This document shows positions 21,582 to 31,783 of a stretch of DNA of 64,000 nucleotides, in pieces. Each line of letters opens with the position of its first letter. Within the stretch, counting starts at the first letter, position 1. Location: the IMG/VR virus record IMGVR_UViG_3300023049_000574, positions 81,522-145,521 of that record. One strand, given 5' to 3'. Source of the DNA: a virus. The notes under the pieces were generated by a model. That model did no database searches. It had not been told where the DNA came from and worked only from the letters and a program-made list of their open reading frames with translations. Both the position numbers and the translations under genes were made by a program.

Positions 21582-22681
21582 ATGTTTAAAATAATATTCA
21601 AAATAGCAGACTTTGCTTCTAAGGAAATAAAAAGGGATTTTAATATTGATCAAATATTAGAAGATTCCGAAAAAAAGTTTGATGATATAACAGAATATAA
21701 TCAATATGTACAAGTAATTGAAAGGATATTCGAAAAAAACCAAAAACTAAATTTATACGGAAATGATTATAGTATCAATGATTTAAAAACCATTACTACA
21801 TCTAATTTATCCAATATAATATTAGAAGTTACTGTAATAGAATTTACTCCCCCAATAGATTGGGATCTAATAAATAAAGAATTAAATAGTAATAACAATT
21901 GGTATTTTACCTATGGTACAGGAACGACCAACCTACATGGTAATACTACTATGGGTGGTGGAACACAACAACTAACGAATAATTATAATAATGCAGTATA
22001 AATTAACATATGATGTAAACAGTTGCTCTAAAGAATTAAAAAGAGATTTTAATATTGATTCTGTTATGAGTGAAGATGATTTATCTTTTTCTACATTAAA
22101 AGAATTTAAGTCCTATGTGGATCTTTTAAAAGAAATACAAAACGATAATTCTAATATAACTATCAATGATATTATATTCAGAATAAATCAACTAAATTAT
22201 TCTATTTATGATAATACTACCTTTTGTATCATTAAGCTTTATTGTGTAGATGATAAGTATATAGACGAGGATGATGATAGAGGTGAGAATGTTTATAAGT
22301 ATAGCTCCACGAATATAGATTCTTTAATACAAGCTTATACTAAAGCAGTTAATAGTCCTATATAATATGGAAGAAACTAATTACAAAGTATGTTTTATAT
22401 TATCTAATAAGAATCAAAAAAATATACTAAGAGATTATAATCTTAACCTTATTGATAAAGATAATTTCAAGAATGAGATATATTTCACTTCCCCATTAGA
22501 TATGAAAACTTATTTAGAGTTTTATAAAAAAGGAGATAGGGTAAATTTCAATGATATGTTATTTTATATTGAAGATATTTCATGTAATATGACAGATGGT
22601 AAGATTAATTTTGATATTAAGTTATTATATTTTAATACTCTTGAAGAAGATGGAAGTATGTACGGAGAAGTGTGGAGGTAA
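21582..22681 (+). other. Three tandem paralogous hypothetical genes (21582-22001, 21991-22365, 22367-22681)
   Basis: Shared near-N-terminal SKE(I/L)KRDFNID / KNILRDYNLN. Confidence 0.55.
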
Positions 22682-23100
22682 TGAAAAGAATTTCACCAAA
22701 ATATATTAAAGAACTAAACGAAAACGAAATATTTGTTTTTGGTAGTAATGAGGGCGGTAGACACGGAAGGGGTGCTGCTAAGTTAGCCTTAGATCAATTT
22801 GGTGCTATATACGGACAAGCCGAAGGTTTACAGGGATCTTCATATGGTATTCCCACTAAAGACAAAACAGTAAAAATTACTCTTACTACAGAAGAAATCC
22901 AAAAGTATGTTGATAATTTTATTACCTTTGCGATTGATAACAACCATTTAATATTCCTAGTAACGGAAATAGGGTGTGGTTTAGCGGGGCATGATCCAAG
23001 AGACATTGCGCCTCTGTTTAAGAAAGTGAAAAGTGTAAAAAATATTTATTTACCCGAAAGGTTTTGGGATAATTTAGATCTCTATGAAAGTATATTATAA
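22681..23100 (+). CDS. Conserved phage protein, Macro-domain-like (FVFGSN family)
   Basis: FVFGSNEGGRHGRGAA...YGIPTK...FLVTEIGCGLAG. Confidence 0.65.
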   Translation: MKRISPKYIKELNENEIFVFGSNEGGRHGRGAAKLALDQFGAIYGQAEGLQGSSYGIPTKDKTVKITLTTEEIQKYVDNFITFAIDNNHLIFLVTEIGCGLAGHDPRDIAPLFKKVKSVKNIYLPERFWDNLDLYESIL

Positions 23101-23146
23101 AATAAAAGATGAGTTTTCGGAGTTAGATTTTTAAAAAAATAATAAT

Positions 23147-23154
23147 TATATTTG
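23147..23154 (+). promoter_or_regulatory. Bacteroidota-type -7 promoter box upstream of leader 1
   Basis: TATATTTG = TAnnTTTG. Confidence 0.55.
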
Positions 23155-23196
23155 CAAAATAATTAAACAAAAGACAAAAAGTTTTATATATAGAGT

Positions 23197-23256
23197 ATGA
23201 AAATAATTAATGTAAATAGTTCGGTATCACGTATAACTTCTAGGAGTAGAGGGTGA
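23197..23256 (+). CDS. Ser/Arg-rich leader peptide MKIINVNSSVSRITSRSRG (putative attenuator peptide)
   Basis: 19 codons with AGT, TCG, TCA, TCT, AGT and CGT, AGG, AGA; 3' end AGTAGAGGG is complementary to the terminator 5' arm. Confidence 0.8.
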   Translation: MKIINVNSSVSRITSRSRG

Positions 23257-23283
23257 TATTACTATGTACATAACTTATATAGG

Positions 23284-23315
23284 AAAAGCCTTCTACTTTA
23301 GTAGAGGGCTTTTTT
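23284..23315 (+). terminator. Attenuator-type intrinsic terminator before tRNA cluster 1
   Basis: GCCTTCTAC-TTTA-GTAGAGGGC followed by TTTTTT. Confidence 0.9.
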
Positions 23316-23324
23316 CATTTATAT

Positions 23325-23404
23325 GCTCCTGTAATCGGCTCTAGCTACGAACTAGATACCCGTAATCGGAATTGAAAATGTGGGTTCGAGTCCCCCCAGG
23401 AGTT
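23325..23404 (+). tRNA. Non-canonical D-armless tRNA-Arg(ACG)-like gene
   Basis: Acceptor GCTCCTG/CAGGAGT; anticodon arm TCTAG-CTACGAA-CTAGA; T loop TTCGAGT; only 8 nt between acceptor and anticodon arms; 23-nt variable segment. Confidence 0.7.
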
Positions 23405-23412
23405 CAAAACAC

Positions 23413-23501
23413 GGAGAGGTGGCAGAGCTTGGTTTATTGCACTAGTCTTGAAAACTAGCATACTGTAAAAGGTATCGAGGGTTCGAATCCCTCCCTCTCC
23501 G
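23413..23501 (+). tRNA. tRNA-Ser(TGA)
   Basis: GGAGAGG/CCTCTCC, CTAGT-CTTGAAA-ACTAG, long variable arm, GGTTCGAATCC, G73. Confidence 0.95.
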
Positions 23502-23506
23502 CAAAT

Positions 23507-23595
23507 AGTAGGGTGCATGAGTGGCTTAAGTGACTTGCTTGGAAAGCAAGTGATCGTGTAAAAGCGATCCGTGGGTTCGAATCCCACTCCTACTA
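23507..23595 (+). tRNA. tRNA-Ser(GGA)
   Basis: AGTAGGG/TCCTACT, CTTGC-TTGGAAA-GCAAG, long variable arm; atypical A1-U72 and A73. Confidence 0.85.
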
Positions 23596-23599
23596 CAAA

Positions 23600-23688
23600 G
23601 GTGAGTTGGCAGAGTGGACGATTGCGCTTGTTTGCTACACAAGTGATCGTGTAAAGGCGATCCGAGGGTTCGAATCCCTCACTCACCG
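23600..23688 (+). tRNA. tRNA-Ser(GCT)
   Basis: GGTGAGT/ACTCACC, CTTGT-TTGCTAC-ACAAG, long variable arm, G73. Confidence 0.92.
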
Positions 23689-24562
23689 CTAATAAACAAA
23701 AGGGTTATTATTGATATAATAATTAAAAAAGTAATGGGAAATAATATTAAAAAAATAGACATTAAAGAGTTTAGAGAAAAAGGATACTTACAAGAAGTTA
23801 ACCGTATGTTTTTACATCCATTGGGATTAGTATTATCAGTATCAGTTGATGATAATGCTAATGAAAAATTAGATGGTATTTGGGATTATAGAGATGATGA
23901 AGAAGGGATCATTTATGATATAGCTAACTCAGATACAGATAGACAAAATAGATTCAAAAAGAACATATCATTCATCAGCGATGAGTTAGAAGGAAGAAAG
24001 GAAAGGAGAAAGGAAATCCTTGGCTTCGATATAGAAAAAGTAAAATAGTTATGGAAGAGTATAATAAAAACACGTATGTTGAGAATATAAAGATACAAGG
24101 TTATCTCACTAAGGAATATGCTATTCATAAAAATGGGGAAGTTAGAGAAAAGATAGATCGTTTAATGGATGTAATTAACAACCAAAGAAAAGAAAGAGAT
24201 ATCGAGCGTTGGGAAAATCTTAATATGGAATTCAAAGAACCATGGGATGTTCCTTCGCTTCCGAGAGATGAAGAATTAATGAATAATTATGTAATTCCTG
24301 CATTATATAGATGTGGTGCTATAGCTAAAAAAGACTTAAAGAAAGACCATTATTATTTCGGGAAGTATAGAAACAGCAATTATGGTAAATGGAATGGTGA
24401 AAAATTTGAAATACAAAGATATGAATGGAATGTATTAGTTGATGATGATTGTTTTCACTTCGAAGACGATGACGGATTCGCATTATTTGTTCCTATAAGA
24501 GAGGTTACTGAAAAGGAATTCTTAGATAGAGAATTAAATATATAAGAAAAAGAACTTTTATA

Positions 24563-24982
24563 ATGAAGAAGATAAAGAATTTCGAAGATTTCATAAACGA
24601 ATCAATATACGGTGCTGACGTAGCCGATCCTATGGTAGAAAAAGAATGGGATGATCTATACGAAGAAGCCAAAGAAGAACCAATTAAATCTAAGATCAAA
24701 GAGATGTTAGTTGAGATATATAAAGATAAAGACACTTTAGTTAAAGTTGCAGACCTTTTTGAATGGAGTGATGGATCTAATGGTATCATTAACTTCAATG
24801 AATTAGACCACTTTTTAACAGACGTAGGATATAAATGCTACGCAGATGATCCTTCTAATATAGAAGACCTAGAAGATTTCAAAAAATGTATCCTATATGC
24901 ATATGCTTCTACGGATTTAGGATATAAAGGAGAAAAACATAGAGATCATCAATATGATCCTAATAACGAATTTTCTTGGTAA
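24563..24982 (+). CDS. Hypothetical protein with MKKIKNFE N-terminus
   Basis: MKKIKNFEDFINE. Confidence 0.55.
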   Translation: MKKIKNFEDFINESIYGADVADPMVEKEWDDLYEEAKEEPIKSKIKEMLVEIYKDKDTLVKVADLFEWSDGSNGIINFNELDHFLTDVGYKCYADDPSNIEDLEDFKKCILYAYASTDLGYKGEKHRDHQYDPNNEFSW

Positions 24983-25001
24983 TTTTTAGTACTTTTGTGT
25001 C

Positions 25002-25544
25002 ATGAACACAAAATACGTAGAAACTTATATTAATAATATTCCTTCAGACTTACCTAATATTATTAATTGGGAAGAAAGAGAAGATGCGCCTAGAAAGGAG
25101 ATTTTCATGGCAAATGAGGAATTGAGTTATACCTATGGTATGGGTAGAGGAATTAGAACATATGATTCTGTACCCATGATACCTTTTGTCAAGGATGTAA
25201 TGGATAAGATCAATTCGGATTATAACTATAACTTAGATATCTGTTTCTTAAATTATTATAAAAATGAAAAAATGTGGTTGGGTTGGCACTCTGATGACAG
25301 CCCTGAGATCGATCAAACTGAACCTATTGCGGTGGTCAGCATTGGCGCAGAAAGAGATATTTGGGTAAAGACTAAAGACTATAAAGGAGTCATTCCTGAT
25401 GAATGGAGATTTAACCTGAAAAGTGGATCTTTATTCATGATGTTAGCAGGATTTCAAGATAATCATTTACATAAAATTCCTAAATGGGATAAGAAATGTG
25501 ATTGGAGAACATCATTAACATTCAGGAAATATAAGAAAATTTAA
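25002..25544 (+). CDS. AlkB-family 2OG-Fe(II) dioxygenase
   Basis: LNYY...GWHSD...HKIPK...RTSLTFR. Confidence 0.9.
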   Translation: MNTKYVETYINNIPSDLPNIINWEEREDAPRKEIFMANEELSYTYGMGRGIRTYDSVPMIPFVKDVMDKINSDYNYNLDICFLNYYKNEKMWLGWHSDDSPEIDQTEPIAVVSIGAERDIWVKTKDYKGVIPDEWRFNLKSGSLFMMLAGFQDNHLHKIPKWDKKCDWRTSLTFRKYKKI

Positions 25545-26528
25545 TACTTTTTTCTTATATTTGTACCATGGACATACTATTAGACTACACAGGAGAGAAA
25601 GGAATCGGCTTTAAAGCTGCTAACTTTTACTTAGAAAACGATCAATCTATCTTCTTGTTAGGATATGATACGTTAGCTGATTTATATGTAGTGCTGAATA
25701 TCAAAGAGAATAACGAAAAGTTCTATTGGTGTCAATGTAAGATTTTCAGAGATGAGAAACACTATGAAGAAATCATCAATAATCTAACTCCCGATTCTTT
25801 ACATCAAGTGACTTCTGTATATCAAGATGGATATCCTGATGGGTTTTTTGATAACGTTAATAAAGTTAATTCACAGAAATTGGATTACTTCCTTACTGAT
25901 TCGACATTAGAACAATACAACTATCTAAAAGATGCGGATTTATATCTAGAACATAGTTATAGTAAGTAGAACTATTAAAACCAAGTTTATAATGTGTTTA
26001 AAGGTGATAATTTTTTGATTGGTAACAAGCATAAATTCAGGGAAGTAAAATGCTATGTTGATTAACTATTACTAATGTTTGAATATAAATAATAATGGTT
26101 ATATTTGTATAAATTATAATAAAAGGTGCAACATTATAATATAATAAACTTTATATAATATTATGACTTTTTTAACTTTTTTACACACATTAATAGATAT
26201 TTTCCTACTTATTGTAGCACCTTTGATGATACTTTCATACGAAGTATTAACGTTCAGTGATAAGATAATAGGAAAGACTAATGAGGACGGAGTAGTTTCG
26301 CCTTTTTATTCTATGTGCGAATCTATGTATTTGTTATGGATTGTAATGGCTTATTTGTTCTTAGAGAATAGAAACGCAGTAATAATATTAGTGTTAATCA
26401 GTATTTTAGGAATCTTCTTTGGGAAGTATAAAGCCTTTAATATCTTTGATAATATCTTATCTATAATAATAGTACTTTATGTAGTAATATTGAACTTTAA
26501 ATATTTTTAAACTAAGAACCTAGAAAAC

Positions 26529-27128
26529 ATGATTACAAGTATATCGAAAGAATTGAACCCAATTGAAATACCTTTCTTTGAGGGTGAGGTTAGTATGCTA
26601 CCTTTTGATTTAAGTGATTTATCAACTCTACCTATAGAGTTTAGACAGACAGCAAAACAAATGATTAAAAACTTACCGAATAAGGTAGGAGAGGCGTTCT
26701 TAACTATACATGGAAAGTTTGTTAAAAAAACTAAAACATTAAGACGTGGCGCACCCCATATCGATGGTAACTATTTAAAAGAAGTTGCTTCTTGGGGAAA
26801 TGGTGGTGGAAACGGATGGAAGGTCGGTGAAAATGGTATGCAGTTAACAAGTAAAGAACACGCTATTTCTTACGAGAATAAGAAAGGTGGGATGTTAATT
26901 GCTTCTGATTACTCGGCTTGTAAAGGATGGAATGGTGTATTTAATGATAAAGCAGGAGTCGGAGGCGATTGTAGCCATTTAAACTTAGATGATGGTTTTA
27001 TGTTAGAAGCTAATAAAGTATATTATAGTAACTCTCAGTTCGTACATGAAAGTCTACCATTAGATAAAGACGTACATAGAGTTATGTATAGAATCACATT
27101 ACCTATTGAACACGAATTTAAAGCATAG
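26529..27128 (+). CDS. Putative 2OG-Fe(II) oxygenase-fold protein
   Basis: PHIDG...VHES...R...R. Confidence 0.5.
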   Translation: MITSISKELNPIEIPFFEGEVSMLPFDLSDLSTLPIEFRQTAKQMIKNLPNKVGEAFLTIHGKFVKKTKTLRRGAPHIDGNYLKEVASWGNGGGNGWKVGENGMQLTSKEHAISYENKKGGMLIASDYSACKGWNGVFNDKAGVGGDCSHLNLDDGFMLEANKVYYSNSQFVHESLPLDKDVHRVMYRITLPIEHEFKA

Positions 27129-27488
27129 TAATATGAAAGTAACAATAGATAGAACGTTTAATTATGGTTTTAGGCAAATATGGCTCAGAAAGGATTTTGA
27201 GCTTCCCTACACCCCTTTCTATGGTATGTGGATCATAGATCAAGATAATGACCAAGAAATCAGTTTAGAACTAGTTAATAACAGCTATGTAGCTACTATG
27301 ATCAACTATTACCCAACAGAAGAAAAAACTACTATTGATATTAGGGAGGTTTGGAAACAGCCTGTAACAGAAGAAACAGTTGATGATATATTAGAAAGTT
27401 ATACTAAGGCGGGTTGGGAAAGAATGGATCTTACTGATGCTGAGGAAATGAAAGAATTTATGCACGAACAATATTTAAAAACCAAGTA

Positions 27489-28046
27489 ATGGGAAAATTA
27501 GACATAAGAATGGATGAAATACTTGATAGTATTTCTGAAAACGGAATAAATAATTTATCAAAAGAAGATAAGTTATTTTTAAAATATGAATCAGATGGAA
27601 TGGATTATCAAAGTATAATCTATAAAATACATATAGAACTTAATCCTAAAGCAGAAGAAGAAAGGAAGATTAGTAATGATATACTTAATATTTGTTTTCC
27701 TACTCCTGAGGAAGAAGGAACAACAGAGGATGAATTTCTTTATCGTTATAAATTGAGTGGTAAAATATATGCTTCTCTTGGTGAGAATTGGACTGAGGGG
27801 GAATATGATTTTAATTTAGGTCCTTCAACAACGAGAAACAAGTTGAGTGATGCTATTTTTATTGACGAATATTTAAAAGATATTTGCCGAAAAATAAACA
27901 TTAGTGAAAACACATTTGATGTTGGTATCGCTGAAAACGTTCATATGATATATGCTAATTCTGAGGACGAAGCTAAAAAAATAATTGGTCTTATTTTAAA
28001 GGAGATCAAAGCTGATGGATTTGAAATTGAATACGCAAAGACATGA
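27489..28046 (+). CDS. Hypothetical protein with N-terminal DUF6576-like motif
   Basis: MDEILDSISENGINNLSKEDKLFL. Confidence 0.55.
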   Translation: MGKLDIRMDEILDSISENGINNLSKEDKLFLKYESDGMDYQSIIYKIHIELNPKAEEERKISNDILNICFPTPEEEGTTEDEFLYRYKLSGKIYASLGENWTEGEYDFNLGPSTTRNKLSDAIFIDEYLKDICRKINISENTFDVGIAENVHMIYANSEDEAKKIIGLILKEIKADGFEIEYAKT

Positions 28047-28447
28047 TAAGAGAAGACTCAAAATATGTAGTTAAAGATCTTGGTTTAAAAGATATTGAAT
28101 ATTATGATGCTACTATCGATTATAAAACTAAACTAATCGCTTTGATTAAGTTTATCAGTGATAAAAAGGCTTGGTATTATATATGTGATGATTTTATTGT
28201 AGCTTATCATAAGAAAGAAGGTATAGTGATTAGTACAAGTGATGTAGTAGATTCGTTATCTATTCCCGATATTAGGAATAAGCTATCCCCTATTACACAT
28301 ATGATCTCTTTGTTGAAGATAGATAATTGTCCTCAGGGATATATTAAGGATTCAATTAAGTCAGCAGAGAAGGCAGTAAAAGATTTAGCACAGTTTTAGT
28401 AAACTTTTGATAAGTTTTTCAATAAGATATTTAAAAGAAATATAGAT

Positions 28448-29020
28448 TTGGAACTACTTATTATTACAGGAATGCCCTATTCGGGAAAAGGCACACAATG
28501 CGAATTTTTAAACGACTACTTAGGATATAAGCATATCTCTATGGGAGATGTTTGTAGAGCAGAAAAAGAAAAAGGAACAGAACTCGGTAGAATAATGTCT
28601 GAGTATCATGAAAAGGGTAACTTAGTTCCTAATAAATATATCGAAGAAATATTTGAAAATCTTATTATAGATAATATTGATGAAAAAGGAATCATCTTAG
28701 ATGGACACCCTAGAACACTTTCACAAGTAGATCAGATAGTTAGTATGATCGATAAAATTCACGTACAGAACGTAATCAATATTGATGTTGAAGAAACAAC
28801 TCTTTTAGAAAGAGCTAAAGAACGAGCTAAAAATTCTGATCGCCCTGATGATAAAAACCCCGCCATTCATCTAAAGCGAATAGAAGTATTTAAAGAAAGC
28901 ACTCTACCTGCAGTTGAATATATGAGTAAAATAATGCCATTTGTGAACATTGATGGTAATGGATCAGTTGAAGAAACAAGAGAGAAGATAAAAGAAAACA
29001 TATTTATCTTTGAGGATTAA
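28448..29020 (+). CDS. adk: Adenylate kinase family protein
   Basis: GMPYSGKGTQ P-loop, HISMGD..R, ILDGHPRT..Q, R.DD. Confidence 0.88.
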   Translation: MELLIITGMPYSGKGTQCEFLNDYLGYKHISMGDVCRAEKEKGTELGRIMSEYHEKGNLVPNKYIEEIFENLIIDNIDEKGIILDGHPRTLSQVDQIVSMIDKIHVQNVINIDVEETTLLERAKERAKNSDRPDDKNPAIHLKRIEVFKESTLPAVEYMSKIMPFVNIDGNGSVEETREKIKENIFIFED

Positions 29021-29030
29021 TATATACTCT

Positions 29031-29843
29031 ATGAAGTATATAAATAAATTCAATGAAAAGGTAACCGCAGCATTATTACCCACTGAACTAAGACATAAAA
29101 ACCTTTTATATCATTCTACTGATTTAGAATCATTTAAGAAAATCATAGAAAGTGATAAATTATACGGAACAGTTCAGTATGATTGGGGCATATCTACTTC
29201 TAGAAATAAACATTATGCTTTTGGGAGAAACGACACTGATTATGATGTGATACATGACGGTGGTGATGTTCAATTAATATTAGATCGAGATTTAGTTAAA
29301 AGACACCATAAAATAAAGGCTTATGATTGGGAAGAATTTAAAACAACTAAAGGTAAAACAGGTGTATATCATGATTATATACAAGCAGAAGATAAGATAT
29401 TAGCTAATTCATTAAAAAATGTAACGAAATATATAGTAGGTATTCATATAGTTAAAGACAAATTTATTGATGATATATTTGAAGACCCAATTATTAAAGA
29501 CAAACTTTTAAGTAAGGATATAGTTGTGTTTAATGAAGATTGGGAAATAATATTTAATAGCAAAGTTAAAAATACTGATACCGAATTCGAAAAAATTAAA
29601 GATTCTAAATTCAATAGATTACCTGATTTAACTTTATCGGAAATAGTAAATAATTGGGATGACGTTAAAGACATAGAAGATGATAATATTGAAACTATTA
29701 AATATTATGTAGACAACAAAGAACTATTACCTAAACAAATTCTAACATATGACAAAAAGGGATTATCTGATGGTTATCATAGACTGATAGCTATGAAGAT
29801 AGTAGGTGTAGATAAGTTTAGGTATAAAATTGATAATTGGTAA
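29031..29843 (+). CDS. Protein with MKYINKFNE N-terminus, ART-like and ParB-like motifs
   Basis: LYHST...ISTSR...; C-terminal LSDGYHRLIA; TAATATATA at 29018. Confidence 0.45.
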   Translation: MKYINKFNEKVTAALLPTELRHKNLLYHSTDLESFKKIIESDKLYGTVQYDWGISTSRNKHYAFGRNDTDYDVIHDGGDVQLILDRDLVKRHHKIKAYDWEEFKTTKGKTGVYHDYIQAEDKILANSLKNVTKYIVGIHIVKDKFIDDIFEDPIIKDKLLSKDIVVFNEDWEIIFNSKVKNTDTEFEKIKDSKFNRLPDLTLSEIVNNWDDVKDIEDDNIETIKYYVDNKELLPKQILTYDKKGLSDGYHRLIAMKIVGVDKFRYKIDNW

Positions 29844-29864
29844 TTAATTCTTATATTTGTTTTT

Positions 29865-30179
29865 ATGAAAGTATATATAGCAAGTCCTTACACTAAGGGC
29901 GACACTGCAATAAACGTTAAACGACAATTAGATACATTTGATATACTAATGGATAAGGGATATTTTCCTTTTGCTCCATTGTATAGTCATTTCCAACATA
30001 TGGCACACCCAAGACCATACGAAGATTGGATGACATATGATTTAGAATGGATATTAGTGTGTGATTGTGTACTACGTTTAGATGGCGAAAGTAGTGGTGC
30101 GGATAGAGAAGTCGCACATGCTAAAGAACACGGAATCCCCGTGTATTATTCATTAGAAGAATTATACGCAGCTACTTAA
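29865..30179 (+). CDS. Nucleoside 2-deoxyribosyltransferase-like (DUF1937/DUF4406-type) protein
   Basis: VYIASPY...CDCV..L..ESSGADRE...A...GIPV. Confidence 0.75.
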   Translation: MKVYIASPYTKGDTAINVKRQLDTFDILMDKGYFPFAPLYSHFQHMAHPRPYEDWMTYDLEWILVCDCVLRLDGESSGADREVAHAKEHGIPVYYSLEELYAAT

Positions 30180-31279
30180 TGGATCTAACTAAATATAATA
30201 ACGATCTAAGTGATGTCACTGATTATTTATCAGAACTAGGATTATCTAAGTTAAAGGATAAACATGATGGTAGATACAATAAATATAGTGTTCCTAAAGC
30301 AGACTTCGAAATACATGTATATAGTTTTATAAAGCAAGGTGACTCAGATTTATTTAAATATTGTGGTGATGAATTATTAACTTTAGATATTGTTAGAAGG
30401 TTCATGAATATAAGTCATGAAGAATCCAAAGAATTCACAAAAGATATTAAAAGAGATATCCATATCATTAATATAATACCTAAAGGATCTAGAGCAGGAA
30501 TGGTTACTATAACCAATCTAGAAGATTTAGATAACTACTTAGTGGAATATATTCCTTTTTATAAAAGGGATACTAGAATAAATAATATTTTAAAATTATA
30601 AATGGATTTTTTCAAATTAATTTCAAGAGAAAATGTAGGTAAGACTTTCCATATTAAGTTCTTACCCGCTATTGGATCAGATGATATAATAGATAACTAT
30701 CCTGTACCTTTTGGTAAGTATCATAAACAAATATACGTTTCTAATGCTATGGTTAACGGAGAGTTTAAACAACTTGTATATAATCAAGTGATGAGGGACT
30801 TTTTACAAATATTCTTTCTTGGGACGAGGGGATATATCATCCATCCTGATCCTGAAAAATTAGATTGTGATATAACATATAATCATCATAGAATAAATAC
30901 TACTCTTGAAAACGTATATTTAGATTTAGAGAATAGATATGATGTTACAAGAGATGAGTTAATATATGTTGACTATCCTGATAATGTACACCCATTTAAT
31001 ATATTATATCCTGCTAATAATGAATATATAATTAATCCTTATAGCTTTAAACTTACTGTAAGGGAGATAACTCTTTTTGGAACAAGTGGTTTATTAGATT
31101 TGGGAAAAATCGAAACGGTTAAATATGATCCTAATTTAATAATTAAAGATCAGAGTGATTCTACTATTAACGAAGCAAACGATTTTATGAAAAGCAAACC
31201 TAGTTTAGAAGGATTGGCTAAGTATTATGTGGAAGCATACCACAGAGATAAATTCATCGATGATGTTTTAGAAGGTTAA
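30179..31279 (+). other. Two hypothetical genes (30179-30601, 30602-31279) with C-terminal RDxKI-type motif
   Basis: End KRDTRINNIL and HRDKFIDDVL. Confidence 0.5.
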
Positions 31280-31524
31280 TTAGAATAAGATATGATGAAA
31301 AAGATACTATTAAAAAATATCTTAAAAATTTATTGAATATTAAATAAATTTTCTTATATTTACAGTCCTAATAAAAAGAGGTAAAGTAGAAACTTCTTAT
31401 TCTGACTTTTTAATAAGGAGGAATATTGTATAGAATGCTAGAGTAAACTAGAAATCTCTTTTTATTTTTAAACTTTATTATATTTACATCCTATAAGGAG
31501 AAGAAAACTTTTATATATACAACA

Positions 31525-31596
31525 ATGACAACATTAAATAACATAGCAATTATAGCGAGAGCGAGAGCTTTTAACAGACCCCGAATTGGAGTGTGA
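31525..31596 (+). CDS. Ile/Ala/Arg-rich leader peptide MTTLNNIAIIARARAFNRPRIGV (putative attenuator peptide)
   Basis: ATA GCA ATT ATA GCG AGA GCG AGA GCT run; 3' end CCGAATTG is complementary to the terminator 5' arm. Confidence 0.8.
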   Translation: MTTLNNIAIIARARAFNRPRIGV

Positions 31597-31620
31597 CTAT
31601 AATTAATATGTCAATTTTTA

Positions 31621-31658
31621 AAACCTCAATTCGGATTTCCGAGTTGAGGTTTTTTTTT
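31621..31658 (+). terminator. Attenuator-type intrinsic terminator before tRNA cluster 2
   Basis: CCTCAATTCGG-ATTT-CCGAGTTGAGG followed by 9 T. Confidence 0.92.
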
Positions 31659-31698
31659 GTTATAGATCATCGGGTCGCAAATTGCGACCACAATAAAT

Positions 31699-31775
31699 AC
31701 TGACGTATCCCCGATGTCTTATATACATCATGAAGGTAGCGGTTGAAAACGTGGGTTCGAATCCCACCGTCAGTA
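31699..31775 (+). tRNA. Non-canonical D-armless tRNA-Ile(TAT)-like gene
   Basis: ACTGACG/CGTCAGT; GATGT-CTTATAT-ACATC; GTGGG-TTCGAAT-CCCAC; 7-nt linker in place of a D-arm. Confidence 0.7.
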
Positions 31776-31783
31776 CAAAATAT

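Noticed and set aside
23160-23320. T-box riboswitch as the explanation for the leaders
   Set aside because: No T-box consensus or stem I seen; an ORF with matching codons and an overlapping antiterminator fits better
23325-23404. tmRNA or intron-containing tRNA
   Set aside because: About 80 nt, intact 7-nt anticodon loop, no tag reading frame, no G3:U70
23345-23686. 113-aa minus-strand ORF
   Set aside because: It is the antisense reading of the tRNA cluster
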